Shown here: piece by piece, positions 28,954-38,305 of the stretch
Position numbering within the stretch: the stretch's first letter is position 1
How the letters are laid out: the number at the start of each line of letters is the position of its first letter
Origin: a virus
Taxonomy: Duplodnaviria; Caudoviricetes
Reading direction: 5' to 3' (one strand)
Length of the DNA stretch: 64,000 nt
IMG/VR virus record: IMGVR_UViG_3300032282_006037
Span: 1 to 64,000 of that record
Program-made: the position numbers and the translations under genes
Notes under the pieces: generated by a model
Databases searched by the model: none
The model's input: the letters and a program-made list of their open reading frames with translations, nothing else
Told to the model about the DNA's origin: nothing

Positions 28954-30933
28954 ATGAGCGACTTAAATATTCTTTCTGAATCCTTTCTTTCCAAATACAA
29001 GAATAAACAGCCCAACTGGGGTTTTAATGGTCTCGGTTATATAGTATATAAGAGAACCTATGCTCGATTAAAAGACGACGGCAATACTGAAGAGTGGTGG
29101 GAAACAGTCGCTCGCTGTATTAATGGCGCTCAAAAAATCGGCGCTCAATATTCTCAAGAAGAAGCTGAAAGAATTTATGATTATGTTTTTAATCTAAAGT
29201 GTAATTTTGCGGGTAGAATGCTTTGGCAGCTTGGGACTTCAACCGTTGATCGATTTGGAGCTAATTCTCTTCTCAACTGCTGGGCAACAGCAATGCGTGA
29301 GCCAAAAGCGTTTCTTTTCCTTTTTGAAAATCTAATGCTTGGTGGTGGTGTAGGTTATAGTATTCGTCGCGAAGACGTTCATGAGCTTCCCAAGATTAAG
29401 AAGGGAGTTGTTGTTTCTCATGAAGCTACTAAAGATGCAGATTTTATTGTTCCTGATTCGCGAGAAGGTTGGGTTAAGTTGCTAGCTAATGTTCTTGATG
29501 CTTTTTATGTAAATGGAAAGTCTTTTACATATTCTACTATTTTAATTCGCGGTTATGGAGAACTCATCAGAGGATTCGGTGGAAAAGCAAGCGGACCACA
29601 AATTCTTATTGATGGAATTGAAAAGATCACAAAGATTTTCCAGAGTAGAGAAGGTAAAAAACTTCGTTCTATTGATGTACTTGATATTTGCAATATTATT
29701 GGAAGTGTTGTGGTTGCTGGTAATGTAAGACGTTCAGCAGAAATCGCTCTCGGAGATCCCGATGATATTCTATATCTCCGCGCTAAAAACTGGAGTTCTG
29801 GTAACGTTCCAAATTGGCGAGCGATGAGTAATAATACTATTTATGCTGATAACTTTGATCACATCATGGAAGAGGTATGGAAGAATGGTTATGAAATAAA
29901 CAAGCAAACAGGATATGCCAATGGTGAGCCTTATGGTTTATTTAATCTTCCTCTTTCTCAAAAGTATGGTCGTATTGTTGATGGCCCTATTAGCGAATCA
30001 AAACTATACCCAACAGATGTAGATAACTGCGAAATGACTAATCCATGCGCTGAAATTAGTCTTTCCAATTATGAATGCTGCAATCTTTGTGAATTATATT
30101 TAAATAATATTCAATCAAAAGAAGAATTAATCGACTGCGCAAAACTACTTTATAAGACACAAAAAGCTATCGCTGCACTTCCATTTATTCATGAAGAAAC
30201 AAATCGTATCGTTCATAAAAACATGCGTCTCGGTCTTGGCGTTACTGGTGTTTGCCAGTCTCTTGATAAGCTCGATTGGCTTGATGATTGTTATGTTGCT
30301 TTGCGTAAGTTTGATAAGCAGTGGAGTAAAGAAATAGGATGGCCCGAAAGCATTAAGCTTACCACGGTTAAGCCTAGCGGAACATTAAGTTTGCTTGGTG
30401 GAGCTACTCCGGGTGTTCATCCTGCATACAGTCAGTATTATATGCGCACTGTTCGCATGTCTAGCTCTGATGCTCTTGTTCAGATCTGCAAAGATATGGG
30501 ATATCATGTTGAGTATCTAATTAATTTCGATGGTACAGAAAATCATGACACTGTTGTTGTTTATTTTCCATGTGAAACTCCATCAGGATCAATTCTTGCG
30601 AAAGATATGGATGTAATTAAACAGCTTGATATGGTTAAGAAGCTTCAAACTGTTTGGTCTGATAATGCTGTATCAGTTACTGCATATTATAAGGAAGAAG
30701 AACTTGCCGCTCTACAAAACTGGCTAAAAGATAATTATGAAAAGAATATAAAGAGCGTTAGCTTCTTGCTGTTTAAGAATCACGGCTTCAAGCAAGCTCC
30801 ATATCAAGAAATTGACGAAAAGTCGTATTTAGCCGCCAAGGCTAAAGTTAAGCCATTGAGTGCTTTATCTATCAATTCTAACGAAATGTTAGATATGGCA
30901 GAATGCGCAGCTGGAATATGTCCAATTAGATAA
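28954..30933 (+). CDS. nrdJ: Class II (adenosylcobalamin-dependent) ribonucleotide reductase
   Basis: VYKRTYAR, LLNCW, GNVRRSAEI, TNPCAEI, TTVKPSGT, C-terminal CAAGICPIR redox pair; no beta-subunit gene. Confidence 0.92.
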   Translation: MSDLNILSESFLSKYKNKQPNWGFNGLGYIVYKRTYARLKDDGNTEEWWETVARCINGAQKIGAQYSQEEAERIYDYVFNLKCNFAGRMLWQLGTSTVDRFGANSLLNCWATAMREPKAFLFLFENLMLGGGVGYSIRREDVHELPKIKKGVVVSHEATKDADFIVPDSREGWVKLLANVLDAFYVNGKSFTYSTILIRGYGELIRGFGGKASGPQILIDGIEKITKIFQSREGKKLRSIDVLDICNIIGSVVVAGNVRRSAEIALGDPDDILYLRAKNWSSGNVPNWRAMSNNTIYADNFDHIMEEVWKNGYEINKQTGYANGEPYGLFNLPLSQKYGRIVDGPISESKLYPTDVDNCEMTNPCAEISLSNYECCNLCELYLNNIQSKEELIDCAKLLYKTQKAIAALPFIHEETNRIVHKNMRLGLGVTGVCQSLDKLDWLDDCYVALRKFDKQWSKEIGWPESIKLTTVKPSGTLSLLGGATPGVHPAYSQYYMRTVRMSSSDALVQICKDMGYHVEYLINFDGTENHDTVVVYFPCETPSGSILAKDMDVIKQLDMVKKLQTVWSDNAVSVTAYYKEEELAALQNWLKDNYEKNIKSVSFLLFKNHGFKQAPYQEIDEKSYLAAKAKVKPLSALSINSNEMLDMAECAAGICPIR

Positions 30934-30939
30934 TCAAAG

Positions 30940-30967
30940 AGCCGCCGAAAGGCGGCTTTAATTTTTT
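30940..30967 (+). terminator. Rho-independent terminator
   Basis: AGCCGCC-GAAA-GGCGGCT followed by TTAATTTTTT. Confidence 0.85.
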
Positions 30968-30985
30968 CTAGGTGTTGCTATTATA

Positions 30986-30991
30986 GTGTAT
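30986..30991 (+). promoter_or_regulatory. GTGTAW motif
   Basis: GTGTAT 10 nt before ATG 31002, after a terminator. Confidence 0.7.
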
Positions 30992-31001
30992 AAATCTTTA
31001 T

Positions 31002-31292
31002 ATGGATCTCATTTTAGATTTTTCTGATAAAATTGTCGCTTATCAATCAAAATATGGAGGCAAGAAACGCAGTCAATTAAAAGATAGTGATTTTTTATTT
31101 CCTGCTACTCGCAGCTTTCCTATTGTAAGTCCTCAAGATGTTCGTGATGCAATTAGTAATTTTGGTAGAATGAAAAACCCAATGAATTATGATCAATTCA
31201 TAAAGAAACTTTATCAAAAAGCAAAAAGCAAAGGTAAAGATTTTGTTGATGCTATTCCTGAATCTACAAAAAAAGAACATAAATTATCCTAA
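31002..31292 (+). CDS. Small phage protein (LKDSDF.FP..R.FPI motif), probably virion-internal
   Basis: Motif recurrent in phage head-region proteins; shared N-terminal motif MDLILDFSDKIVA. Confidence 0.65.
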   Translation: MDLILDFSDKIVAYQSKYGGKKRSQLKDSDFLFPATRSFPIVSPQDVRDAISNFGRMKNPMNYDQFIKKLYQKAKSKGKDFVDAIPESTKKEHKLS

Positions 31293-31765
31293 TGAATATT
31301 TTAATAGATTTATCGAATCTAATTGCAAAAAAAAGACAAGGGCCTAAAAGCTCCGCTCAAACTCCAGCAAAACCAGAAGAAAAGAAAAAAGGTTCTAAAA
31401 TAAACGAACCGGGTTCTGCTGGAACTACTCCTGATGCTAAAGAAAGAGCTAAAGAAGTGCTGAAAAGAAAAGATGAAAAACGATTAGTCAGTAAAGCTGA
31501 AATTACATTTAGTGAAAAAGTGACTAATGCATTAAAAGAAAAAGTAAAAAATCATAACGCCAAATACTCTAAAAAAGTAACATTATCACAGTTAAAAAAA
31601 GTTTACAGAAGAGGATTAGGAGCATTTAGTTCTAGTCATCGCCCCGATCAATCAAGATCTTCTTGGGCTTTCGCGAGGGTGAATATGTTTTTAAAAATGC
31701 AAAGTGGAGGAAAAGTAAAAGATGCTTATCGTCGCGCAGATCAAGATATCGCAAATAGTAAATAA
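31292..31765 (+). CDS. Basic phage protein (DUF5824-like)
   Basis: LKKVYRRGLGAFSSSHRP...WAFARVNMFL; N-terminal MNILIDLSNLIA. Confidence 0.65.
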   Translation: MNILIDLSNLIAKKRQGPKSSAQTPAKPEEKKKGSKINEPGSAGTTPDAKERAKEVLKRKDEKRLVSKAEITFSEKVTNALKEKVKNHNAKYSKKVTLSQLKKVYRRGLGAFSSSHRPDQSRSSWAFARVNMFLKMQSGGKVKDAYRRADQDIANSK

Positions 31766-31768
31766 TTT

Positions 31769-31909
31769 ATGAAATACACAACAACAGCAGTATCTGGACC
31801 CGGATCAGGACCAACAACCGGCCCAGCTAAACCTAAAACAAAAAAGAAACCTAGCACAACAACAGGTCCAGCAACCGGACCAAATGCTCCAACAGGTCCC
31901 CAAAAATAA
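31769..31909 (+). CDS. 46-aa Thr/Gly/Pro/Lys-rich peptide
   Basis: MKYTTTAVSGPGSGPTTGPAKPKTKKKPSTTTGPATGPNAPTGPQK*; fills the operon gap; below the ORF-track length cutoff. Confidence 0.65.
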   Translation: MKYTTTAVSGPGSGPTTGPAKPKTKKKPSTTTGPATGPNAPTGPQK

Positions 31910-31914
31910 CAATC

Positions 31915-32052
31915 ATGAATGATAAAGTTGTAGATATTTATCATTTTGATGATTTTGATGAAGAAGATTTTGCGGCAGCTTTTTCTGATTTAAAAGAATT
32001 TGGTGTAAATGATGATGAATTAAATTTAAATTATATAGAAGTAGAGGAATAA
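31915..32052 (+). CDS. 45-aa acidic peptide
   Basis: MNDKVVDIYHFDDFDEEDFAAAFSDLKEFGVNDDELNLNYIEVEE*; stop abuts the next ATG. Confidence 0.65.
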   Translation: MNDKVVDIYHFDDFDEEDFAAAFSDLKEFGVNDDELNLNYIEVEE

Positions 32053-32418
32053 ATGAATATCGTAACTAAGCTTCTAACATATCAAAATCAAGTTAAAATT
32101 TTGCATTGGCAAACAACGTCATACTCTGAACATAAATCATTAGGTGATTTATATGATGGTCTTTCTGGACATATCGATCAATTTGTTGAAGTATTTATGG
32201 GTAAATATGGCAGAATTGTAAGCCCATCAACATTTAATTTAATTCTTGAAAATTATAAAAATTTAGGTCCAATGTCTCTCATGAATGAGATGGAAACATA
32301 TTTGGTAAACGATGTGCCAACAATGTTAGACGCTAAGAAAGATACTGACTTGTTAAATATTAGAGATGAAATGTTAGCTGATGTAAATAAAACCAAGTAT
32401 CTATTAACTTTAAAGTAA
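32053..32418 (+). CDS. Dps/ferritin-like four-helix protein (DUF5856-like)
   Basis: KILHWQTTSYSEHKSLGDLYD...IDQFVE...LLNIRDEML...TKYLLTL. Confidence 0.8.
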   Translation: MNIVTKLLTYQNQVKILHWQTTSYSEHKSLGDLYDGLSGHIDQFVEVFMGKYGRIVSPSTFNLILENYKNLGPMSLMNEMETYLVNDVPTMLDAKKDTDLLNIRDEMLADVNKTKYLLTLK

Positions 32419-33003
32419 TTTATAATTGGGATATTTCTTAGATAAAGCTTTTGCTAAAATAGCATGATGATTAGAGTTATGTTGTAAAGCTGCATGTCTG
32501 AGTGAGTTATAAACAACTCCATCTATTTCAATTTTTGTACCTCTTGTTTGACTCATCTTAAGTTTGGTTTCATTTGAATGAGTTAAACCAAACATTGGAC
32601 CATTTGGATATTTTGTTTTGGCATTTTTTCTTCTTTTGTCTTTTAAATTTTTACAACAAGCAGCTTTTCTTGTGTTTTCGAGTTGCTTTTTTCTTATTTG
32701 TTCCTTAAAAGGATGATTAGAAATCATATCTCCACCAGAAGCGTTTTTATTAATATTAAAAGCAGGTTTAAGCGTGTCTAAATAATATTGTTCTTTTTTC
32801 TTAACGTCGTCACATAATTCTATTATTTCTAACCATAAAGTTTCTTCACCATATTTATTGAAATGTTGCTGCAACCAATAGTTTGAATGATTATTGTTTT
32901 TTAATTGAGACAAATGCCTATTCCATCTTTTTTTAATATTGATAGAACTTCCTATATAAAAATCATTATTGATTTTGTTTTTTATTTTATAAACGCCTTT
33001 CAT
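32410..33003 (-). mobile_element. Free-standing GIY-YIG homing endonuclease with a NUMOD3-like motif
   Basis: GVYKI...FYIGSS...RW..H, EQYYLD...FN, HSNETKLKMS; inverted relative to its neighbours. Confidence 0.85.
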
Positions 33004-33012
33004 ATTTTATTT

Positions 33013-33062
33013 TTACACGAAGATGCAAAATATGGGATTTCACTTTTTCAAAAAAAGTGTAA
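33013..33062. promoter_or_regulatory. Back-to-back GTGTAA motifs
   Basis: TTACAC at 33013-33018 (9 nt from the endonuclease ATG) and GTGTAA at 33057-33062 (12 nt from ATG 33075). Confidence 0.7.
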
Positions 33063-33074
33063 TAATATATGTTA

Positions 33075-33938
33075 ATGAATGTATATATTAATTTAAGCTC
33101 TGAAATACAAGGAGCAAAATTAAAAAAAGTATTAAATAAACCTTTTCGTACTCCCAAAGGACCGAAAAAATTTTCTGTTTATGTCAAAAATGACAAAGGA
33201 AATGTTGTTAAAGTAAATTTTGGTGATCCTAATATGGAAATCAAACGCGACGATCCGGCTCGTCGTAAGAGTTTTCGCGCTCGTCATCAATGCGACACAA
33301 ATCCTGGACCTCGATGGAAAGCAAAATACTGGAGCTGTAAATTTTGGCAAAGCAAAAAATCTGTTTCTGATTATCTTTCAAACGGTTGCATCAATGATAT
33401 TATTCATCAATGGGATGGCGAAACATTATGGGATCAAGAAGATTTATTGAAGTTGATGCCATCTTTGGCTCAAGCTCCTGAAATAACAGAAGAAATAGAA
33501 GAAAATAATTCTGAATTGATTGAAGAAAGTTATGAAATGGCTTTAGGTCAATTAGCTTATATTTCAGATTATTCAAAAGATTTACTCGAAAAACTCAGAG
33601 CAAATCCATCATATGCTTCTAAATTAGAACCTTGGGTGCAAAGCAAAATTACATTGATGGAAGATTATTTATTTGCCGTACATAACTATATTATATATTC
33701 TCAAGAAGGCGGCGCACACGAAAACAAAAACATGCAAGAAGGTATGCGTGTTTTAAATGTTAATGCTAGCTGCAAACATTTTGGTAGTGAAGGCATTATT
33801 AAACAAATTAAAAACTTAGACAACGACATGGGTCAAGTAATTGCATACGAAGTCACTAACAATGGATCTAATTTTAAAGAAGGTGATATTTTAACAAAAA
33901 CCATCGATCAATTAAATTTATTAGAAGGTACAAAATAA
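33075..33938 (+). CDS. Multi-domain phage protein (DUF6321-like N domain, helical WVQSKIT domain, SH3/KOW-like C domain)
   Basis: KKFSVYVKN..GNVVKVNFGDPNM...RRKSFRARHQC...YWSCK; LEPWVQSKITL.EDYL; start at the second Met gives the shared N-terminal motif. Confidence 0.7.
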   Translation: MNVYINLSSEIQGAKLKKVLNKPFRTPKGPKKFSVYVKNDKGNVVKVNFGDPNMEIKRDDPARRKSFRARHQCDTNPGPRWKAKYWSCKFWQSKKSVSDYLSNGCINDIIHQWDGETLWDQEDLLKLMPSLAQAPEITEEIEENNSELIEESYEMALGQLAYISDYSKDLLEKLRANPSYASKLEPWVQSKITLMEDYLFAVHNYIIYSQEGGAHENKNMQEGMRVLNVNASCKHFGSEGIIKQIKNLDNDMGQVIAYEVTNNGSNFKEGDILTKTIDQLNLLEGTK

Positions 33939-34550
33939 ATGAAAGCAAATTTAAAATTTAACAATAAACAATTTATCGCAGAAGTTTCACTTTCAAATGT
34001 TTTAGAAACAGATGAAAATGAAATTCATGATGCATACATGAATGAATGTATGTCTAATGATGCTATGTTTGTAAATACTGCTGGTATGTGTACTAGCGAT
34101 GCTAAATATATGTGCGGTATGTCATATATGAAAAATCGCCCAATGCTTATGGAAGGCGCTGGCGAACTTACCGAAAAACAAATGGCTTTACCCGCTCCTA
34201 TTAAAAAAGGCATTTTAAAGCGTTATGAAAAAGCCGGAACCCTTTCGGAAGAAGGCAAAAAACAATTAATGAGTTTTAGTTCAACCGTTGAAATCGAAGT
34301 TAAAGATGAAGAAGAAAATGAAAATGAATCTGGTGATGAAAGCGAAAATGGCGAAAATGAAAACATGGAGGAAATGCAAGCCGAACCAACCGCAGTTTTC
34401 GTTCAAGAACCTGCTCCACCAAGCGGTAATATTACTCCAAAAGCTGCTGAAGAAGGTCTTAAGATAGACGAAAAGCTACAAAAACAACAAGAAGCAGCCG
34501 CTCCTAAAAATCCTCAGTTGCAGAGCCCCACATTCAATCCAAAAGTTTAA
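33939..34550 (+). CDS. Acidic low-complexity phage protein
   Basis: CM...C module, LTEKQMALPAPIKKGILKR motif, Glu/Asn-rich stretch. Confidence 0.65.
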   Translation: MKANLKFNNKQFIAEVSLSNVLETDENEIHDAYMNECMSNDAMFVNTAGMCTSDAKYMCGMSYMKNRPMLMEGAGELTEKQMALPAPIKKGILKRYEKAGTLSEEGKKQLMSFSSTVEIEVKDEEENENESGDESENGENENMEEMQAEPTAVFVQEPAPPSGNITPKAAEEGLKIDEKLQKQQEAAAPKNPQLQSPTFNPKV

Positions 34551-34568
34551 TTATAACAGTTAATATAT

Positions 34569-34595
34569 AACCGCTGGGAAACCAGCGGTTTTTTT
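34569..34595 (+). terminator. Rho-independent terminator
   Basis: AACCGCTGG-GAAA-CCAGCGGTT followed by a T run. Confidence 0.9.
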
Positions 34596-34600
34596 GTATC

Positions 34601-34629
34601 TTGACATCTCAATCGTTCTCTGTTATCGT
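34601..34629 (+). promoter_or_regulatory. Sigma70-like promoter (leaderless) at the start of the replication block
   Basis: TTGACA-17-TATCGT, ATG 6 nt downstream. Confidence 0.7.
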
Positions 34630-34635
34630 TGTTGT

Positions 34636-34956
34636 ATGAATAAAAGACAGTTGTTACAAAAACTGTTGTTTGCGCCTAATAAAAAGAATCCAAAATTTTG
34701 GCAGAAACAATATTCTTTATTAAATAAATTACTTAAAGATTTTCCCGATATGAAATTCTGGGAAACTCATGAGTTTGATAAAGTAAATTGTTTAACATTA
34801 TTTCTAGCTGAAAGAAAGTATGAGATAGCAGATAAATATAAATGGTTTCTTTTTCAACCTGAATTTAAGAATCCAGAAATAAACATAGGCGATAAAACAG
34901 GTGATGATTATAATATAGAAAGCAAACCAAAAACAATTAAGCAATTTTTAAAATGA
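34636..34956 (+). CDS. Hypothetical protein
   Basis: ORF (start moved to ATG 34636) translationally coupled to recA. Confidence 0.7.
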   Translation: MNKRQLLQKLLFAPNKKNPKFWQKQYSLLNKLLKDFPDMKFWETHEFDKVNCLTLFLAERKYEIADKYKWFLFQPEFKNPEINIGDKTGDDYNIESKPKTIKQFLK

Positions 34957-36128
34957 GTAGAAAATCAAAAGACGAATCAACTGAAGCAGCAAGCATTTTA
35001 ACTTCTCAAGAACAGCTTAAAAGCTTTCTTAAGCAGAATAAAGAGTCTCATTATAATTTTGAAGAGACGATAGATTATCGCGTATCTAGCGGTAGTTTAA
35101 TTTTTGATTATAAACTAGGTGGAGGTTTAGGCACTGGTTTGCATCGTTTTGTAGGTATGAATGAAGGCGGTAAAACTAGTTGCGCTTTGCAATTCATGAA
35201 GAATTTTCTAGATACTCAAAAAGACGGTAAAGGTTTTTATATTAAAGCTGAAGGACGATTGAGTAAGGAAATGATTGAAAGATCGGGCGTTAAGTTTGTT
35301 TTCTCAGAAGATGAATGGGTAAAAGGTACATGTTTTGTATTTGAATCTAATATTTATGAAACTGTATTTGATGCGCTCAGACTTCTAGTTGGAAAAAATG
35401 ATGAAAAGAATAGATATTTCTTTTTACTAGATTCCGTAGATGGTCTTATCAGAAAAGGTGATTTAGATAAAACTTTTGAAGAATCTCAAAAGGTCGCTGG
35501 CGGAGCCGTTATTGCTGCTGATTTAATGAAGCGCATGTCTATTTCGCTTCAAAAGCGTGGACATATGTGCATATTTATTTCGCAGGTTCGTGCAGATATA
35601 AAGCTAGATCCATACAGCAAAGCTCCAATTCGTCAAACTAGCGCAACTGGCGGTAATGCATTATTGCATTTTGCAAATTGGATTATTGAATTTGAACCTC
35701 GTTTTAAAGGCGATCTGATTCTACAAGATGAAAAAGCTAACTATGATGAATATAAGAATCCTTATATTGGTCATGTTGTAAAAATAACAGTTAAAAAGTC
35801 AACTAACGAAAAGACAAATTCTGTTATTAAATATCCAATTAGATACGGTCGCAAAAATGGAACATCAAATTGGATAGAGAAGGAGATATTTGATTTTCTA
35901 TTAATGTGGAATTTTGCTGAACAAAAAGGAGCTTGGATCAATTTTGAAGAAGATTTTTTAAATATTCTTAAGGATGCGGGTTTTACAGATTTTCCTGAAA
36001 AGATTCAAGGATCTGCAAAATTTGAAAACCTCATGAATGATAATGAAGCTTTGAAGAAGTTTTTGTTTAAATATATCAGTGAAAATCTACTAAGTTTTGG
36101 CGATGGAATTTCTGACACTGACCAATAA
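34953..36128 (+). CDS. recA: RecA/UvsX-like recombinase
   Basis: SSGSL.FD..LGGG, Walker A GMNEGGKT, LLDSVDGL, FISQVR, TGGNALLHFA. Confidence 0.88.
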   Translation: MSRKSKDESTEAASILTSQEQLKSFLKQNKESHYNFEETIDYRVSSGSLIFDYKLGGGLGTGLHRFVGMNEGGKTSCALQFMKNFLDTQKDGKGFYIKAEGRLSKEMIERSGVKFVFSEDEWVKGTCFVFESNIYETVFDALRLLVGKNDEKNRYFFLLDSVDGLIRKGDLDKTFEESQKVAGGAVIAADLMKRMSISLQKRGHMCIFISQVRADIKLDPYSKAPIRQTSATGGNALLHFANWIIEFEPRFKGDLILQDEKANYDEYKNPYIGHVVKITVKKSTNEKTNSVIKYPIRYGRKNGTSNWIEKEIFDFLLMWNFAEQKGAWINFEEDFLNILKDAGFTDFPEKIQGSAKFENLMNDNEALKKFLFKYISENLLSFGDGISDTDQ

Positions 36129-36510
36129 AAAGAAACGATGTAAAAATCTTAAACAATATATCATAGATTGGGATATAGATAGCAGAAGCAAGTTCCAAAC
36201 CAGTGTTAAAAAGTTTGTTAAAAAATACTGGTTTGGAAATATTGTTTTTGAAGAGTTTCCAATTGTTGGTACACGTTTAACGTTAGATTTTTACAACGCT
36301 AATAAAAAAATTGCAATAGAAGTACAAGGAAGACAACATACACAATATGTTGAGTTCTTTCATCAAGATCGTATTAATTATTTGCACCAATTGAAGAGAG
36401 ATCAAGCTAAAGAGAAGTTTTGTGAACTAAATAATATAAAACTTGTAACTATTTACGAAAACGATATAATAAATACATATCTATTTGAGTCTCAGGGTGT
36501 AATACTATAA
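36097..36510 (+). CDS. PD-(D/E)XK endonuclease (DUF559/Vsr-like)
   Basis: EEFPI..LTLDFY...IAIEVQGRQH...RDQAKEKFCELNNI. Confidence 0.8.
   Translation: MAMEFLTLTNKKKRCKNLKQYIIDWDIDSRSKFQTSVKKFVKKYWFGNIVFEEFPIVGTRLTLDFYNANKKIAIEVQGRQHTQYVEFFHQDRINYLHQLKRDQAKEKFCELNNIKLVTIYENDIINTYLFESQGVIL
36497..36502 (+). promoter_or_regulatory. GTGTAW motif
   Basis: GTGTAA 13 nt before ATG 36516. Confidence 0.6.
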
Positions 36511-36515
36511 TATAA

Positions 36516-36773
36516 ATGAAAAAACAATCGTCAGGTGAAGATTTTAAGAACTTTAAAATTCCAGATAATTATTTTAATAAATTATATGAGTTCACTGGAT
36601 CTGATGAATCTTCTAAAGGGTTTATTGTTGCATACGTGTCACAAGACGGTTGTCCTATGATTTATACAAAAGTTGCGAGTCCTCTTGTAGAAATGGGTTT
36701 AATTAAGGCTATAGAAAAATATTTAAACGAAATCGATAACGCTGAAGAATCTATTGACATGTCTGGAGATTGA
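36516..36773 (+). CDS. Hypothetical protein
   Basis: 85-aa ORF with its own upstream motif. Confidence 0.7.
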   Translation: MKKQSSGEDFKNFKIPDNYFNKLYEFTGSDESSKGFIVAYVSQDGCPMIYTKVASPLVEMGLIKAIEKYLNEIDNAEESIDMSGD

Positions 36774-36782
36774 GGCTATACT
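36754..36782 (+). promoter_or_regulatory. Sigma70-like promoter of the helicase gene
   Basis: TTGACA-17-TATACT, 8 nt before ATG 36791. Confidence 0.75.
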
Positions 36783-36790
36783 GCTTCAAA

Positions 36791-38305
36791 ATGATATACT
36801 CTTACGATTTAGAGACGCAGTTGTTAGCTGGTTTGATTAAATACCCAGATAGATACAGTGAGATAGCTTCATTTATAACAGAAAAAGATTTTTGGAGTGA
36901 AAGTTCTAAAATTAATAGAACTATATTTTTAGTTTTACGTCAAGCGATTGAGAATGGAGAAAAAATAGATGAAGTTGTAATTTCTCAACGTGTTAAAAAC
37001 TATGGTATTAGTTTCGAGGATAATATAAATCCTTCTGACTATATTGAGTCTCTATCGCTTAAAAAGCTTTCTGCTGATTCTATTATTTCAGTAGCTAAAG
37101 AATTAAAGAAATATACTATTCGTCGAGAAATAGCTTTATGTGGTGCTGAAATAAATAAGAAGATGCGAGCTATATCAACTTCTGCTGATTATAGCTCGAT
37201 CATTGAAGAAGCTGATAAACTATACAATCAACAAATTAATCTCTACGAAACTGGCACAGATCAGCCAGAAAATATTTTCGATGAGATGGAACAGTTGGTT
37301 GAAGAACGAGGAAACAATCCTGTTACAGAGTTTGGTTTTGCTGGTCCACATCCTAAGCTTCAGGATATGTATGGATCTTTGTTGAGGCCCGGAAATATAA
37401 CTGTCATAGTTGCTCGTTCTGGTGTTGGTAAAACTCAATTCTGTTTGGATTTTACCACTAAGGTTTCTGAACAATATTCTGTGCCTGTTCTTCATTTTGA
37501 TAATGGAGAAATGAGCAAAGAAGAATTAATCTTTAGACAGTGCGCCGCAATGTCTAAGGTTCCAATGTATTTGCTTGAAAGCGGAAACTGGAGAAAAGCT
37601 GGAACCGAAGTAGTAGAGAATGTTCGATCTGTCTGGAAAACTCTTAAGAACAGATATAAACATTTATATTATTACAATGTTGGTGGCATGACTGTTGATG
37701 CTCAAATAAGCGTGTTGAAGAGATTTTATTATTCTAAAATTGGTCGTGGTAATCCCATGATTTTTAGCTTCGATTATATTAAAACCACAACAGAAGCTAA
37801 CAGTAATAAAACTGAATGGCAGTTGGTTGGTGAAATGGTTGATAAATATAAACGAACTATTCAAAGAGATATTAAATCTGATAAAGGTCCATGTATCTCA
37901 ATGATGACTTCTGTTCAATCTAATCGTGCTGGTATTGTTACAAATAAACAAGCAGCAAATATTACAGATGATGAAAGCATTGTTTCACTTTCTGATCGAA
38001 TCACCCAGTTTTCATCGCACATGTTTATTCTTAGAAATAAAACATTTGATGAGCTGCAAAGTGAGCCGGGATTTGGAACTCATAAGCTAATTAATGTAAA
38101 AGCTCGCCATCTAGGAAAAGATATTGCTGGCGCTATCAATCCAATAAAAATGGCAGACAACACATTAAAGAAGAACTTCGTAAATCTTGAAATTGCTAAT
38201 TTCTGCGTTAACGAAAAAGGTGATTTGCGTGATATCGTTGATTCTTTGACTGCAACAGCAACCGTAGCTAAAGATGGAGGCGATGATGTACCAGAACTTG
38301 ACTGA
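36791..38305 (+). CDS. dnaB: Replicative DnaB-like helicase
   Basis: VARSGVGKT, DNGEMS, FDYIK, SVQSNR, SDRI, KARH. Confidence 0.9.
   Translation: MIYSYDLETQLLAGLIKYPDRYSEIASFITEKDFWSESSKINRTIFLVLRQAIENGEKIDEVVISQRVKNYGISFEDNINPSDYIESLSLKKLSADSIISVAKELKKYTIRREIALCGAEINKKMRAISTSADYSSIIEEADKLYNQQINLYETGTDQPENIFDEMEQLVEERGNNPVTEFGFAGPHPKLQDMYGSLLRPGNITVIVARSGVGKTQFCLDFTTKVSEQYSVPVLHFDNGEMSKEELIFRQCAAMSKVPMYLLESGNWRKAGTEVVENVRSVWKTLKNRYKHLYYYNVGGMTVDAQISVLKRFYYSKIGRGNPMIFSFDYIKTTTEANSNKTEWQLVGEMVDKYKRTIQRDIKSDKGPCISMMTSVQSNRAGIVTNKQAANITDDESIVSLSDRITQFSSHMFILRNKTFDELQSEPGFGTHKLINVKARHLGKDIAGAINPIKMADNTLKKNFVNLEIANFCVNEKGDLRDIVDSLTATATVAKDGGDDVPELD

Noticed and set aside
33939-33990. QFIAE resembling the T4 capsid-targeting sequence (MKTYQEFIAE)
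   Set aside because: Short match in one protein only; probably chance, and the local D[FL]S..I motif explains the region better
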